Source: Pseudomonadota bacterium
Lineage (GTDB): Bacteria; Pseudomonadota; Alphaproteobacteria; Rhizobiales; Hyphomicrobiaceae
DNA length: 64,000 bases
Assembly (NCBI GenBank): GCA_023410905.1
Contig: JAEYPL010000031.1
Span: forward strand, 31,137 to 95,136
Direction: 5' to 3'
Part shown: piece by piece, positions 28,983-39,091 of the stretch
Position numbering within the stretch: position 1 is the first letter of the stretch
How the letters are laid out: every line of letters begins with the position of its first letter
Position numbers and translations under genes: made by a program
The notes under the pieces: generated by a model
What the model was told of the DNA's origin: nothing
Databases searched by the model: none
The model's input: the letters and a program-made list of their open reading frames with translations, nothing else

Positions 28983-29269
28983 CGCCCCTCCTTCGTCGCA
29001 TCGGGGCGAGTTTCACCCATGGAATAGGTCTGCTCGATGGCATCGCTTACGGTGTTGCGGATGGCGTTGAACCAGCGCCCGCAACCGTGAACGTGTAGCC
29101 AGCGCTCCGCGTGCCTGCCCTTCGGATTACTTCGATAGTAGAGATACTCGGCCCATTCCTCGCTATTCAGCGCGGACGGATCGACTGGACGGGCAATATG
29201 GGCTTCGCCGCCGCCACGAAATTCGATTTCCGGACGGGCTCCGCAGTAGGGGCATTTGATCAGCAGCAT
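28979..29269 (-). CDS. soxD: Sarcosine oxidase delta subunit
   Basis: MLLIKCPYCGARPEIEFRGGGEAHIARP..HGCGRWFNAIRNTV is the typical small Zn-binding SoxD. ATG at 29269; the longer ORF track start would overlap soxB. Confidence 0.9.
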   Translation of the reverse strand: MLLIKCPYCGARPEIEFRGGGEAHIARPVDPSALNSEEWAEYLYYRSNPKGRHAERWLHVHGCGRWFNAIRNTVSDAIEQTYSMGETRPDATKEGR

Positions 29270-29277
29270 GAAAAGCC

Positions 29278-30531
29278 TCAGTGCGCCACGGCCGCGGCCG
29301 CGGCCTCGTCGACAAGACGGCCGGTCCGGAAGCGATCCAGAGTGAAGGGCGCATTGATCGGATGCGGTGAACCTGTCGCCAGCGTATGGGCGAAGACATG
29401 CGCCGATCCGGGTGTCGCCTTGAACCCGCCCGTGCCCCATCCGCAGTTGACAAAGAGACCTTCAACCGGCGTGCGGCCGATGATGGGCGATCGATCAGGT
29501 GTGACATCGACAATGCCGCCCCACGAACGCATCATGCGCATCCTGCGGAACTGAGGGAACAGTTCGCAGATCGCGTCGAGCGTGTGCGTGGTGATGTGCA
29601 GTCCACCCTGCTGCGAGTAGGAGGTGTATTGGTCCGTGCCGGCGCCGATAACCAGCTCCCCCTTGTCCGATTGGGAGATGTAAGCATGAACCGCATTCGA
29701 CATGACGACGCAGGGAAACACTGGCTTCACCGGCTCTGACACCAGCGCCTGCAAAGGAAAACTTTCGAGCGGCAACCGCACCCCGGCGTGGCCCAACACA
29801 ACGCTGGTGTGGCCCGCCGCAACAACACCGACCCGCTTCGCTGCGATCTTTCCGCGTGTCGTCTCGACGCCACTGATGCTGCCGTCGCTTGCCCGTGTGA
29901 ACCCCGTGACCTCGCAGTTCTCGATAATGTCGACGCCCCTCGCGTCGGCCCCACGCGCATAGCCCCACACAATCGCATCGTGGCGCGCTGTGCCGCCCCG
30001 GCGTTGCAGCGCGCCACCCATGACAGGATAGCGCGCCTCTGGCGAAATGCTCAATGGTGGGCAGAAGGCCTTGCATTGCTCGGGCGTCAGCCACTCGTTA
30101 TCGATACCGTTCAGCCGGTTCGCATATATGTGCCGCTTGAAGCTCTGCACATCGTGCACCGAATGCGCCAGCATGAGCACGCCACGCGCCGAGTACATGA
30201 CGTTGTAGTTGAGTTCGCTCGAGAGATTCTCCCATAATTTCAGCGCATGTTCATAGAGCCCGGCACTTTCATCATAGAGATAGTTCGAGCGGATGATCGT
30301 CGTGTTGCGGCCGGAGTTGCCACCGCCGATCCAGCCCTTCTCGAGCACGGCGACATTCGTGATTCCGAACTCTTTGGCCAGGTAGTACGCGGTCCCGAGC
30401 CCATGGCTGCCGCCGCCGACAATCACGACATCGTAGCCGGCCTTCGGCTCGGGCGAGCGCCATTGTCTCGGCCATCCGCGATGCGCGTTGAGAGCCTCCG
30501 CTAGTAGGCTGGTTACTGAGAAACGGCGCAT
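29278..30531 (-). CDS. soxB: Sarcosine oxidase beta subunit
   Basis: YDVVIVGGGSHGLGTAYYLAKE FAD-binding motif, length and position typical of SoxB. Confidence 0.95.
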   Translation of the reverse strand: MRRFSVTSLLAEALNAHRGWPRQWRSPEPKAGYDVVIVGGGSHGLGTAYYLAKEFGITNVAVLEKGWIGGGNSGRNTTIIRSNYLYDESAGLYEHALKLWENLSSELNYNVMYSARGVLMLAHSVHDVQSFKRHIYANRLNGIDNEWLTPEQCKAFCPPLSISPEARYPVMGGALQRRGGTARHDAIVWGYARGADARGVDIIENCEVTGFTRASDGSISGVETTRGKIAAKRVGVVAAGHTSVVLGHAGVRLPLESFPLQALVSEPVKPVFPCVVMSNAVHAYISQSDKGELVIGAGTDQYTSYSQQGGLHITTHTLDAICELFPQFRRMRMMRSWGGIVDVTPDRSPIIGRTPVEGLFVNCGWGTGGFKATPGSAHVFAHTLATGSPHPINAPFTLDRFRTGRLVDEAAAAAVAH

Positions 30532-30792
30532 GTAGTGGGATCCGGGCCCGTCCAGTTGGAATAAGACCAGGAACCATACGTAAGCTCACCGAGGCCATCC
30601 CGGATCAAGGCGACGTTCGGGTGGATAAATCCGACATCCTGGCCGATCGCACATTCACCCTCGGAATTCGACGCGCCTTTCCGTGACAACGTCGCTTGGG
30701 ACATGCTTTCGTCAAGATGGTATCGGTCGGCTTCAGCATGGGAAAATGGCAAGGCTACCCTTCGTCAGTGGCCGACTCGCACTTGGAAGCAA

Positions 30793-32187
30793 ATGATCAC
30801 TTCGACGTTTAACATCTTTAAGATCGGCATTGGCCCCTCGAGTTCTCACACTATGGGCCCCATGCTTGCCGCACGGCGGTTTCTCAACGAGCTCAAGTCG
30901 GGGAGCTGGCCGAGGCCGGCGAGAATAAAGGTGGAGCGCATCGGGGTTCGGTTACATGGCTCCCTTGCCTATACCGGCCGTGGGCATGCGACCGACCGCG
31001 CTATCGTTCTCGGTCTCAATGGACATGCGCCCGACACCGTCGAGCCGGATGAGATCGCCAGCATCATAGAGCTCACCAGCCGAACGCGGACCATTTCGCC
31101 GCCCGACCACCATACATACAGCTTCGATCCGGCGAGCGATCTTGTCTTCGATCGAAAGATGCCACTCCCTGGTCATCCCAACGGCATGACCTTCGAGGCT
31201 TTTGACGAGGATGGTGGCCTCGCACTGCGCCGTCACTATTTTTCAGTCGGCGGCGGGACGGTCTTGCAACAGGACGAACTCGAGAGCCGAGGCGCGCAGT
31301 TGGCGGTGCCGGATGCATCTCCATTTCCTTTCCGCAGCGGACGGGAGATGCTCGACATGGCGGAAAAATCGGGCCTTTCGATTGATGAGATGCAGATGGC
31401 CAACGAGCTGCTGCATCTCTCCGAAAAGGAGGTCGATCGTCGCCTCGACGAGATCTGGCAGGCTATGCGGAGCTGCATCGACAGAGGGCTCGCGCGGGAT
31501 GACATCCTGCCCGGCGGCCTGAATGTCAGACGCCGCGCTGGCAGAATGCATCGGCAGCTGCTCGCGGATCGGCAACGGAATGAGACCGGCAGTTTCGCAA
31601 CCAACGATTGGCTATCTGTTTTCGCGATGGCCGTGAACGAAGAGAATGCAGCCGGCGGTCGCGTAGTCACAGCGCCGACCAATGGCGCTGCCGGCGTTGT
31701 TCCGGCTGTTATCGCGTTTGCGCAGGAATTCATTGCCGGTGTCGGACCACAGGCCATCCGCCGTTTTTTGCTCACTGCTGCCGCCGTGGGCAGTCTGATC
31801 AAAGCCAATGCATCCGTCTCCGGTGCAGAGGTTGGCTGCCAAGGCGAGGTTGGTTCGGCATCGGCAATGGCCGCAGCAGGCCTATGCGCAATATTAGGGG
31901 GCACTCCTCCACAGATCGAGAATGCCGCGGAGATTGCGATGGAGCATCATCTCGGCATGACGTGCGATCCCATCAAAGGTCTCGTGCAGGTTCCATGCAT
32001 AGAGCGTAATGCCATGGGTGCAGTGAAAGCAGCCACTGCCGCCTCGCTCGCCATGCGGGGGGATGGGGAACATTTGGTGTCGCTGGACGTCGCGATCGAG
32101 ACGATGCGCCAAACGGGGCTGGATATGCACGAGAAGTATAAGGAGACCAGCTCCGGCGGTTTGGCCGTCAACTACGTCGAGTGTTAA
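30793..32187 (+). CDS. sdaA: L-serine ammonia-lyase (iron-sulfur L-serine dehydratase)
   Basis: N-terminus [24 protein letters not shown] and the beta+alpha domain fusion typical of SdaA. I chose the ATG at 30793 rather than the ORF track start at 30703. Confidence 0.9.
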   Translation: MITSTFNIFKIGIGPSSSHTMGPMLAARRFLNELKSGSWPRPARIKVERIGVRLHGSLAYTGRGHATDRAIVLGLNGHAPDTVEPDEIASIIELTSRTRTISPPDHHTYSFDPASDLVFDRKMPLPGHPNGMTFEAFDEDGGLALRRHYFSVGGGTVLQQDELESRGAQLAVPDASPFPFRSGREMLDMAEKSGLSIDEMQMANELLHLSEKEVDRRLDEIWQAMRSCIDRGLARDDILPGGLNVRRRAGRMHRQLLADRQRNETGSFATNDWLSVFAMAVNEENAAGGRVVTAPTNGAAGVVPAVIAFAQEFIAGVGPQAIRRFLLTAAAVGSLIKANASVSGAEVGCQGEVGSASAMAAAGLCAILGGTPPQIENAAEIAMEHHLGMTCDPIKGLVQVPCIERNAMGAVKAATAASLAMRGDGEHLVSLDVAIETMRQTGLDMHEKYKETSSGGLAVNYVEC

Positions 32188-32919
32188 GCCACCGTCTCGG
32201 CGAGCATGTCCCTTGAGTGCGTCGGGACAGAACAAAGGCAACAAAGGCCGTCCATCAGTCGGTTTTCGTCGGCGTCTTTCCGAATTGACGGCGCCCGCTA
32301 GGACATCATTGCTTACATGATGGTGCAGCACGACGTTATGGAGCCGTCCGACACGCTCGATCCAGCCCAGACCTCCTCGATTGCCATCAGGCCTGCGGCT
32401 ACGTCTGCGCCTGCCCCCGCACCGGCCGCCGAGAGCAGCCCCAAATGGGCTGTGGAAACGGCATGACGAAGTTCGGTCTCGCGGCCTGCGGGGACGCTCG
32501 GCTTCGATTGCCACCCCGCGCGCGCCTTCAAGACGGGCGAGCCGTGCACAGAACTGGCGCTGTCCCCCGTTCGCGACCTTCGTGCAGCCCGATGTGGCGT
32601 CCCACATCCAATGATGCCGCTCGGCCACGATGTCAGCTTCGACGGCTTCGCCACGAGGATTGCGGAGCGGCTCAGAGGCGTCGAGAGTGCTTTTCCAGCA
32701 CGAGCACGCCTAAGCGTTTCACTTCGTTTCATGCAAATGCACGAGAGATCAGCGTGCTTTCAATCAGCTGTGGAAACTCTTGGACCCTCACCGTTGATGA
32801 GCGTTCCACGTGCATCGTTCACCGCGGGCCTTCAAAGCGATCTGGGCGAGCCTCCCTCCCTAACTTCCGCCTACCTTCCGCTGAGCGGAACGATCGAGGG
32901 GATCGTGCGTCCGTCACCG

Positions 32920-35031
32920 TCAGCTCAGCATACGTACGCCCGGCTCTCGCGCCCAAACGCGGGTGCGCGCCTGCGATGAGAAGCCGGCCATGTCCTCGCC
33001 GACGTCGATAACGCCCTCATCGATCGTCACATTGGACTTCTCGAGAAGTGGCATCGCGTGGCGGGTGTAGCCAATGGCCTTCAGATGAGCGAAGGCATGT
33101 TGGACGAATTCTATGACGGCACTTTCCTTAAGGAGTTCGCTGCAGCCCTCGTCGGACATCACGAGCGCAACGGCGTCAAAGAGCACGGAAGGCATTCCCG
33201 CGAGCTGGCCGTCAGCGGACACACGTCCTCCGCCCTTCAGCGTTACGCCGCCCACCTTTGGCGCGACAATTTTGATGGTGGCGCCTTCCGCAGCTGCCTG
33301 CTGGGAGAGAGCTTTCACAGTTTTTCCGTCGGCGCCCTCGGTAACAAGCAGCGCTATTGTCCGGCCTTTCAAGCTCGGCGTATACTTGCCGATAATGCGA
33401 AGCCCAGGTGACGGCTGCAAGTCTTTCGGTTCAACGAAGGCTTTCGCCTTCGCGGGAAGCTCCATGCCGAGTCCATCAGCAATTCGCCGAGCCAAGTCCT
33501 CATCCACATTTTGCCAGTTTGCAAGCACGCGTTTGCGCACGTGTTCCAAGCTCACCTTGGACAACTCGAACACGAAAGCGCTCGCGATATGCGCCTGCTC
33601 GATCTCGCTCTGCGACCGATAGAAAAGTCGTGCGTGGCTATAGTGGTCGCCGAAGCTCTCTGAGCGCACTCGCGCCTTACGATCCTCGACGGGAAGTTGG
33701 AAAGAGCGGAAGCCTCCCTCGGGATCGGCACGCGGCCCACCCGCTTCACCGGCTTCTGCCAAGCTGTTGGGCTCGTAGTTGGCGCGACCCTTGAACACCT
33801 GCGTCTGCATTTGGCCATCGCGCTGCAGGTTCTGGAGTGGACAGCCTTTCGCGCGATTGACAGGGATTTGATGGAAGTTCACCGTGCCAAGCCGCGATAG
33901 CTGCGTGTCTTGATACGAAAACAGCCGCCCTTGAAGCAGTGGATCTTCCGAGAAGTCGATGCCCGGAGGAATGTTGGTCGGCATGTATGCGACCTGCTCT
34001 GTCTCAGCAAAGAAGTTATCCGGATTGCGATCGAGAACGAGTCGCCCAACGATCTGAATGGGGATGAGCTCCTCCGGTACGAGCTTGGTTGCGTCCAGAA
34101 TGTCGAAGGGCAGCTTGTCTGCCTGCTCCTGGCTGATCAGTTGAACGCCGAAGTCCCATTCGGGAAAATCGCCCGCGGCAATGGCTTCATAGAGATCGCG
34201 GCGGTGATAGTCGGGATCGGCGCCCGCGATTTTGACCGCTTCATCCCAACACGTGGACTGCAGGCCCAGTCGTGGTTTCCAGTGGAATTTGACGAACGTA
34301 CCTTCGCCCTTGTTGTTGACAAGTCGGAAGGTGTTGACGCCGAAACCTTCCATGGTTCGCAGTGAGCGCGGGATCGTTCGATCGGACATCGCCCATGTGA
34401 CCATGTGTGTGGACTCGGGCATCAGTCCAACGAAATCCCAGAAGGTGTCGTGGGCACTCGCGGCCTGCGGATAGCCGCGATCGGCCTCCATCTTCACAGC
34501 GTGGATGAGGTCAGGAAACTTTATGGCATCCTGAATGAAGAAGACGGGGATGTTGTTGCCGACGAGATCCCAGTTGCCTTCCTTGGTATAGAATTTGACG
34601 GCGAACCCGCGCACGTCGCGTGGCGTGTCCACGGATCCTGCTCCGCCAGCCACGGTCGAGAAGCGAACAAAGACTTCGGTCTTCGCCCCAACCTCGGTCA
34701 GAACTTTGGCGCGGGAATACTTCGCCAAAGACTTGGTCAGTTCAAAATAGCCATGAGCGCCGGAGCCCCTCGCGTGAACGATGCGCTCGGGAATGCGCTC
34801 ATGGTCGAAGTGCTGGATCTTCTCGCGGAGGATCATGTCTTCGAGAAGAGTCGGGCCGCGCGGTCCGCCTCTGAGCGAGTTTTGGTTGTCGCTCACCGGC
34901 ACCCCATGATTGGTCGTCAGACGTTCATCCGGCAGCGTCGCTGCCTGGTGCATCTCCCCGCCATCGCCCGATCGCGTCTTCGACGAGTGTGCGGGCTTCT
35001 TGCCGTTAGACTTGGATTTCCGTGCGGTCAT
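32920..35031 (-). CDS. katE: Large-subunit (HPII-type) monofunctional catalase
   Basis: Catalase core motifs ([38 protein letters not shown]) plus the C-terminal DJ-1/PfpI-like domain of clade-2 catalases. ATG at 35031 (MTARKSKS..). Confidence 0.9.
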   Translation of the reverse strand: MTARKSKSNGKKPAHSSKTRSGDGGEMHQAATLPDERLTTNHGVPVSDNQNSLRGGPRGPTLLEDMILREKIQHFDHERIPERIVHARGSGAHGYFELTKSLAKYSRAKVLTEVGAKTEVFVRFSTVAGGAGSVDTPRDVRGFAVKFYTKEGNWDLVGNNIPVFFIQDAIKFPDLIHAVKMEADRGYPQAASAHDTFWDFVGLMPESTHMVTWAMSDRTIPRSLRTMEGFGVNTFRLVNNKGEGTFVKFHWKPRLGLQSTCWDEAVKIAGADPDYHRRDLYEAIAAGDFPEWDFGVQLISQEQADKLPFDILDATKLVPEELIPIQIVGRLVLDRNPDNFFAETEQVAYMPTNIPPGIDFSEDPLLQGRLFSYQDTQLSRLGTVNFHQIPVNRAKGCPLQNLQRDGQMQTQVFKGRANYEPNSLAEAGEAGGPRADPEGGFRSFQLPVEDRKARVRSESFGDHYSHARLFYRSQSEIEQAHIASAFVFELSKVSLEHVRKRVLANWQNVDEDLARRIADGLGMELPAKAKAFVEPKDLQPSPGLRIIGKYTPSLKGRTIALLVTEGADGKTVKALSQQAAAEGATIKIVAPKVGGVTLKGGGRVSADGQLAGMPSVLFDAVALVMSDEGCSELLKESAVIEFVQHAFAHLKAIGYTRHAMPLLEKSNVTIDEGVIDVGEDMAGFSSQARTRVWAREPGVRMLS

Positions 35032-35365
35032 TCTGGCACCTACGATGTTGCGATGCACCGGCTTGCAAAGTGCGTTTAGCCAGAGGCTCGTCTGCACAGG
35101 ATCTGTTTCCCCTCTAACGCGCCGCCCGAAGGTATGTTGCACGCTCAAATTCAGCATCACGATCGTCGGCCCGCTCCGCCTGCAGAGCGGTCGAGGAAGA
35201 GATCGTGCAAGCGGAGCGCTTCGCTATCGCGAGGTACCCATCCTTTTCTCGTGCGGATGGAGGCGGGGCAATAATCGAGCGACGGCGCTTTAAGCTCGGA
35301 ACCATCTGCGTTCGGTCGGATTAGCCATAGGAGTTGGTCTTTCTGCTTTGCCTTCGAGAGGAGTG

Positions 35366-37687
35366 ATGATGGCGGACGATGTGGCGTTCAAGGCGTACGA
35401 TAGCCCGGCGGGAGGTTGGGGTTCTGTTAAGTCTCTGTTACGTCACTCCACTCGACAGGGTGCGATTGGCACCGCGCCTGATCTCTTGCGTCATCACAAC
35501 AAAACCCAGGGCTATATGTGCAGCAGTTGCGCATGGCCGAAGCCTGCCGAGCCGCATGCCGCTGAGTTCTGCGAGAATGGAGCCAAGGCCGCCTTCTGGG
35601 AGATGACGTCGAAGCGGACGACACCGGAATTCTTCGGCCGCCACGCCGTGAGTGAGCTCCTTCAATGGTCGGACTTCGATCTTGAGAACGAGGGTCGGCT
35701 CACGCACCCCATGCGTTACGACGCCGGTATCGATCGCTACGTTCCGGTAACCTGGGAGGAGGCGTTCACCGATATCGGTGCCAAACTGGCCTCCTATGAT
35801 CCCGAGGCCGTTGCGTTTTACGCTTCCGGCAGGGCTTCGCTGGAAGCCTCATACATGTACCAGCTGCTGGCACGGCTGTATGGCAACAACAACCTGCCCG
35901 ACAGCTCGAATATGTGCCACGAGACGACGTCGGTGGCGCTGCCACAGAGCATCGGAACCCCGGTTGGCACGGTTCTCCTCGAGGATTTCTCGAAGACGGA
36001 TTGCATCTTCGCCTTCGGGCAGAACGTCGGAACGAATTCTCCACGCCTGCTGCACAATTTGCAGGAGGCGCGCGAGCGCGGCGTCCCGATCGTCGTCTTC
36101 AATCCGTTGCGTGAGAAGGGCTGGGAGGAATTCATCAATCCGCAGCGGCCCGGTCAGATGCTCACGCATGACGCAACGAACATAGCGACGCAATACTATC
36201 AGGTGCGCGCGGGCGGGGATATTGCAGCACTTCTCGGTTTGGCCAAGGCGCTCATGCAATGGCACGATCCGACAGGACAGGGTGGTGGCGTGCACGTGCT
36301 TGATACGCCATTTATCCAAACACACACACATGGGTTCGATGCGTTCCGTGCCTTCATCATGGAGACGGCATGGGAAGATATCGAAAAGGAAAGCGGTCTG
36401 ACGCGCGCCGCTTTGGAAGCCGCAGCGAAAACCTACAGCGCCGCGGCATCAGTTATTGCTGTGTATGGGATGGGTCTGACGCAGCATCGCCTCGGCGTCG
36501 ACAACGTGCAAATGCTTGTGAACTTCCTCCTTCTCCGCGGCAATATCGGCAAGCCAGGCGCCGGTATCTGCCCGGTTCGTGGACACTCCAACGTGCAAGG
36601 GCAGCGAACGGTCGGCATCGCGGAGAAACCGGAGCTCGTTCCCCTCGATCGATTGGCGGATCTGTATGATTTCTCGCCGCCGACAAAGGAGGGCTTGGCG
36701 ACGGTCGGGGTGTGCGAAGGCGTCGTGGCCGGTACGGTGCACGCCTTCATCGGCCTCGGCGGCAACTTCGTCCGCGCCATTCCAGATCATGATGTCATGG
36801 AGCCGGCATGGAGAAATCTGGATCTCTCCGTACAGATTGCCACGAAACTCAATCGCACACATCTCATCACGGCACGTACAACGTACCTCCTTCCGTGCCT
36901 CGCGCGCACGGAGATCGACGAGCAGGCTTCCGGGCCACAAATCGTCACGGTCGAGGATTCCACCACCTGCATTCATGCCTCGCGCGGTGTTACCAGCCCG
37001 GCCAGCGAGCATCTGCTGTCAGAACTCCGTATCATCGCCGAGATTGCGAAAGCGACGCTGCCGTCCAATCCGCGCATCCCCTGGGACGATTGGGTTGCCG
37101 ACTACGCCTTGGTGCGCGATGCGATCGAGAAGACCTATCCTGATCAATTTCACGACTTCAATGCGCGCCTCGATACGCCGGGCGGCTTTCCGCGACCGAT
37201 CGCGGCGCGTGACCGCGTATGGGAGACCGATACCAAACGAGCGAACTTCAAAGTGCCAAAGGCGCTTTCTGCGAGCTTTGATGACGGCAGCGACGCCGAC
37301 GTTCTGCGACTGATTACGCTGCGTTCGAACGACCAGTTCAATACAACCGTGTATGGGTATGATGATCGCTTCAGAGGGATCTATGGCTCGCGCATGATCG
37401 TCATGATGAACCGTGACGACATGCTGCGACTCGGTATCGTCCACGAGGCCGAGATCGAACTGACGACCGCTGTGGACGACGGCGTGCACCGGAATGTCTC
37501 TGGCTTGAAGGCACTGGAGTATGATATTCCTCCAGGCAACTGCGCCGCCTACTTCCCCGAATGCAGTCCTCTAATTCCACTGTGGCAGTTCGCCGAGGAA
37601 AGCAAAACACCGGCAGCGAAATCGGTGCCAGTAAGAGCTCGCGCCATCAGTACTCAAGGGCAAGCTCAAGAGGCGATTGCGCCATGA
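35366..37687 (+). CDS. FdhF/YdeP-family molybdopterin oxidoreductase (formate dehydrogenase alpha-like)
   Basis: N-terminal signature YDSPAGGWGSVKSL and the Cys-rich segment YMCSSCAWPKP..EFCENGAKA. MopB-family body and a C-terminal molybdopterin dinucleotide-binding domain. ATG 35366 is preceded by GAGAGGAG. Confidence 0.9.
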   Translation: MMADDVAFKAYDSPAGGWGSVKSLLRHSTRQGAIGTAPDLLRHHNKTQGYMCSSCAWPKPAEPHAAEFCENGAKAAFWEMTSKRTTPEFFGRHAVSELLQWSDFDLENEGRLTHPMRYDAGIDRYVPVTWEEAFTDIGAKLASYDPEAVAFYASGRASLEASYMYQLLARLYGNNNLPDSSNMCHETTSVALPQSIGTPVGTVLLEDFSKTDCIFAFGQNVGTNSPRLLHNLQEARERGVPIVVFNPLREKGWEEFINPQRPGQMLTHDATNIATQYYQVRAGGDIAALLGLAKALMQWHDPTGQGGGVHVLDTPFIQTHTHGFDAFRAFIMETAWEDIEKESGLTRAALEAAAKTYSAAASVIAVYGMGLTQHRLGVDNVQMLVNFLLLRGNIGKPGAGICPVRGHSNVQGQRTVGIAEKPELVPLDRLADLYDFSPPTKEGLATVGVCEGVVAGTVHAFIGLGGNFVRAIPDHDVMEPAWRNLDLSVQIATKLNRTHLITARTTYLLPCLARTEIDEQASGPQIVTVEDSTTCIHASRGVTSPASEHLLSELRIIAEIAKATLPSNPRIPWDDWVADYALVRDAIEKTYPDQFHDFNARLDTPGGFPRPIAARDRVWETDTKRANFKVPKALSASFDDGSDADVLRLITLRSNDQFNTTVYGYDDRFRGIYGSRMIVMMNRDDMLRLGIVHEAEIELTTAVDDGVHRNVSGLKALEYDIPPGNCAAYFPECSPLIPLWQFAEESKTPAAKSVPVRARAISTQGQAQEAIAP

Positions 37688-38490
37688 GTGACTGCGCTTC
37701 GCTGCGCCAGCCACCCGAACTCACTGCCGATGTATTCAAAGCGATGATCGAAAAATCATCGCTTCGCACCGGTCAGATCGTGGCTCTAGGCGTGCTCGCT
37801 GGCATGTATATCGGCTTCGGCGGTCTCTTCGCCACTGTCGCTCTGGCGGGAGCGGATGCAGTGCTGCCTCATGGTGTGGCGCAAGTGCTGGCCGGCTTGG
37901 TGTTCGCCACCGGCCTCGTTTTGGTTGTCATTGCAGGCGCCGAGCTCTTCACGGGCAATCTGTTGATGGCAGGACCGGTCGCGGCGAAAAGCCTGCCGCT
38001 CTCACAAGCGACTGTCGCTCTACTTGTCGTCTATCTCGCCAATTTTGCAGGATCTGTGCTTCTCGCCGTGTTGGTGTTCGCCGCCGGTATGCATTTGTCT
38101 GAGGGTGGCGCCATCGCTGCCGCCGCCATGGATATCGCTTCGACTAAAGCCTCTCTCGGCTTCACTGCTGCTGTAGCGAGCGGCGTTCTCGCGAACATTC
38201 TAGTATGTCTCGCCGTGTGGCTCTCGTATAGCGCGACATCGACAACAGATAAGGTCGCGGCGGTTCTCCTGCCCATCGCAGCGTTCGTCGCTGCCGGCCT
38301 CGAGCACTCCGTCGCCAATATGTACCTCTTGTCGTACGCCTGGATGATCCAGGATGCGTCTGCCGACGCAGCGGCCATTTCGTTGGCGCGCATCCTCGGC
38401 AACATCGTTCCCGCAACCATCGGCAACATTATTGGTGGATCGAGCGTCGCGTTGGCCTACTGGTGGTCGTATCATCGAGAGGCGGAATAG
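37684..38490 (+). CDS. Formate/nitrite transporter (FNT) family channel
   Basis: Six-TM FNT pattern (..AGAELFTGN.. ..GLEHSVANMY..). ATGA overlap with the molybdoenzyme stop. Confidence 0.85.
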   Translation: MSDCASLRQPPELTADVFKAMIEKSSLRTGQIVALGVLAGMYIGFGGLFATVALAGADAVLPHGVAQVLAGLVFATGLVLVVIAGAELFTGNLLMAGPVAAKSLPLSQATVALLVVYLANFAGSVLLAVLVFAAGMHLSEGGAIAAAAMDIASTKASLGFTAAVASGVLANILVCLAVWLSYSATSTTDKVAAVLLPIAAFVAAGLEHSVANMYLLSYAWMIQDASADAAAISLARILGNIVPATIGNIIGGSSVALAYWWSYHREAE

Positions 38491-38509
38491 CCCACTCACA
38501 GCTGCCAAC

Positions 38510-39016
38510 CTATCGCGCCGTCGCGAATTCCTTGAGCACCAACGACAGTGCTTGGAAGAGCACGTCACCGCGAACGCGACCCGAGGCCTGTTCCTCGATC
38601 GTCAACCGGCGTACATGGGGTGCTCCGGCTCGCCATTGCACGGCGAGATAGGTAAGGCCGACCGGGTTGCCGTCATCGTCAGGCTTCGGGCCCCCGACGC
38701 AGGTGACCGCGACTGCGATATCTGCTGACGGGCATTTGTCGAGGGCTCCCCGGGCCATCGCAGCCGCTACTTCGGCGCTGACAGCTGAGTGCAATGTGAT
38801 GGCGTTTGCGGGGATGCCAAGCAGATCCACCTTGCACCACTTGGAATAAGTGACAAAGCCGCCGAGAAAGACGTCCCCAGCACCCGGGGTATCCGCCAGA
38901 AGTGTGGCCAGCGCGCCAGCGGTACAGGATTCGACCGTGATGATCTTGGCTCGGGCGACGCACGCCGCCTCGATAACGCGAGCTGAAAGATCCGTGATGG
39001 CCATATGGTGCGACAT
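38510..39016 (-). CDS. CinA C-terminal domain / PncC-like nicotinamide-nucleotide amidohydrolase
   Basis: Motif TVESCTAGALATLLADTPGAGDVFLGGFVTYS. Confidence 0.85.
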   Translation of the reverse strand: MSHHMAITDLSARVIEAACVARAKIITVESCTAGALATLLADTPGAGDVFLGGFVTYSKWCKVDLLGIPANAITLHSAVSAEVAAAMARGALDKCPSADIAVAVTCVGGPKPDDDGNPVGLTYLAVQWRAGAPHVRRLTIEEQASGRVRGDVLFQALSLVLKEFATAR

Positions 39017-39091
39017 TGGCTGCTTCCACTACGCAAGTCCTCCACTAGAGGACATCTAAACGCGTGTTCTGTTCGTCGCCGGTTATCAAGC

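Noticed and set aside
32887-32911. GGAAC-N16-CGTC on the plus strand, just after the katE stop.
   Set aside because: It has a mismatch in the -10 element and points antisense into katE with no downstream gene. It also forms part of a short hairpin (ACGATC-gaggg-GATCGT) and is probably fortuitous.
35298-35325. GGAAC upstream of the YdeP-like gene as an EcfG -35 element.
   Set aside because: The only nearby CGTT is 6 nt away. At N16/N17 the -10 position reads GATT/ATTA, so there is no promoter-like geometry.
35161-35365. Possible Moco riboswitch in the leader of the molybdoenzyme gene.
   Set aside because: Only short generic hairpins are visible, and I cannot recognise the conserved Moco-motif core by eye. 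An Infernal/Rfam scan is needed before any claim.
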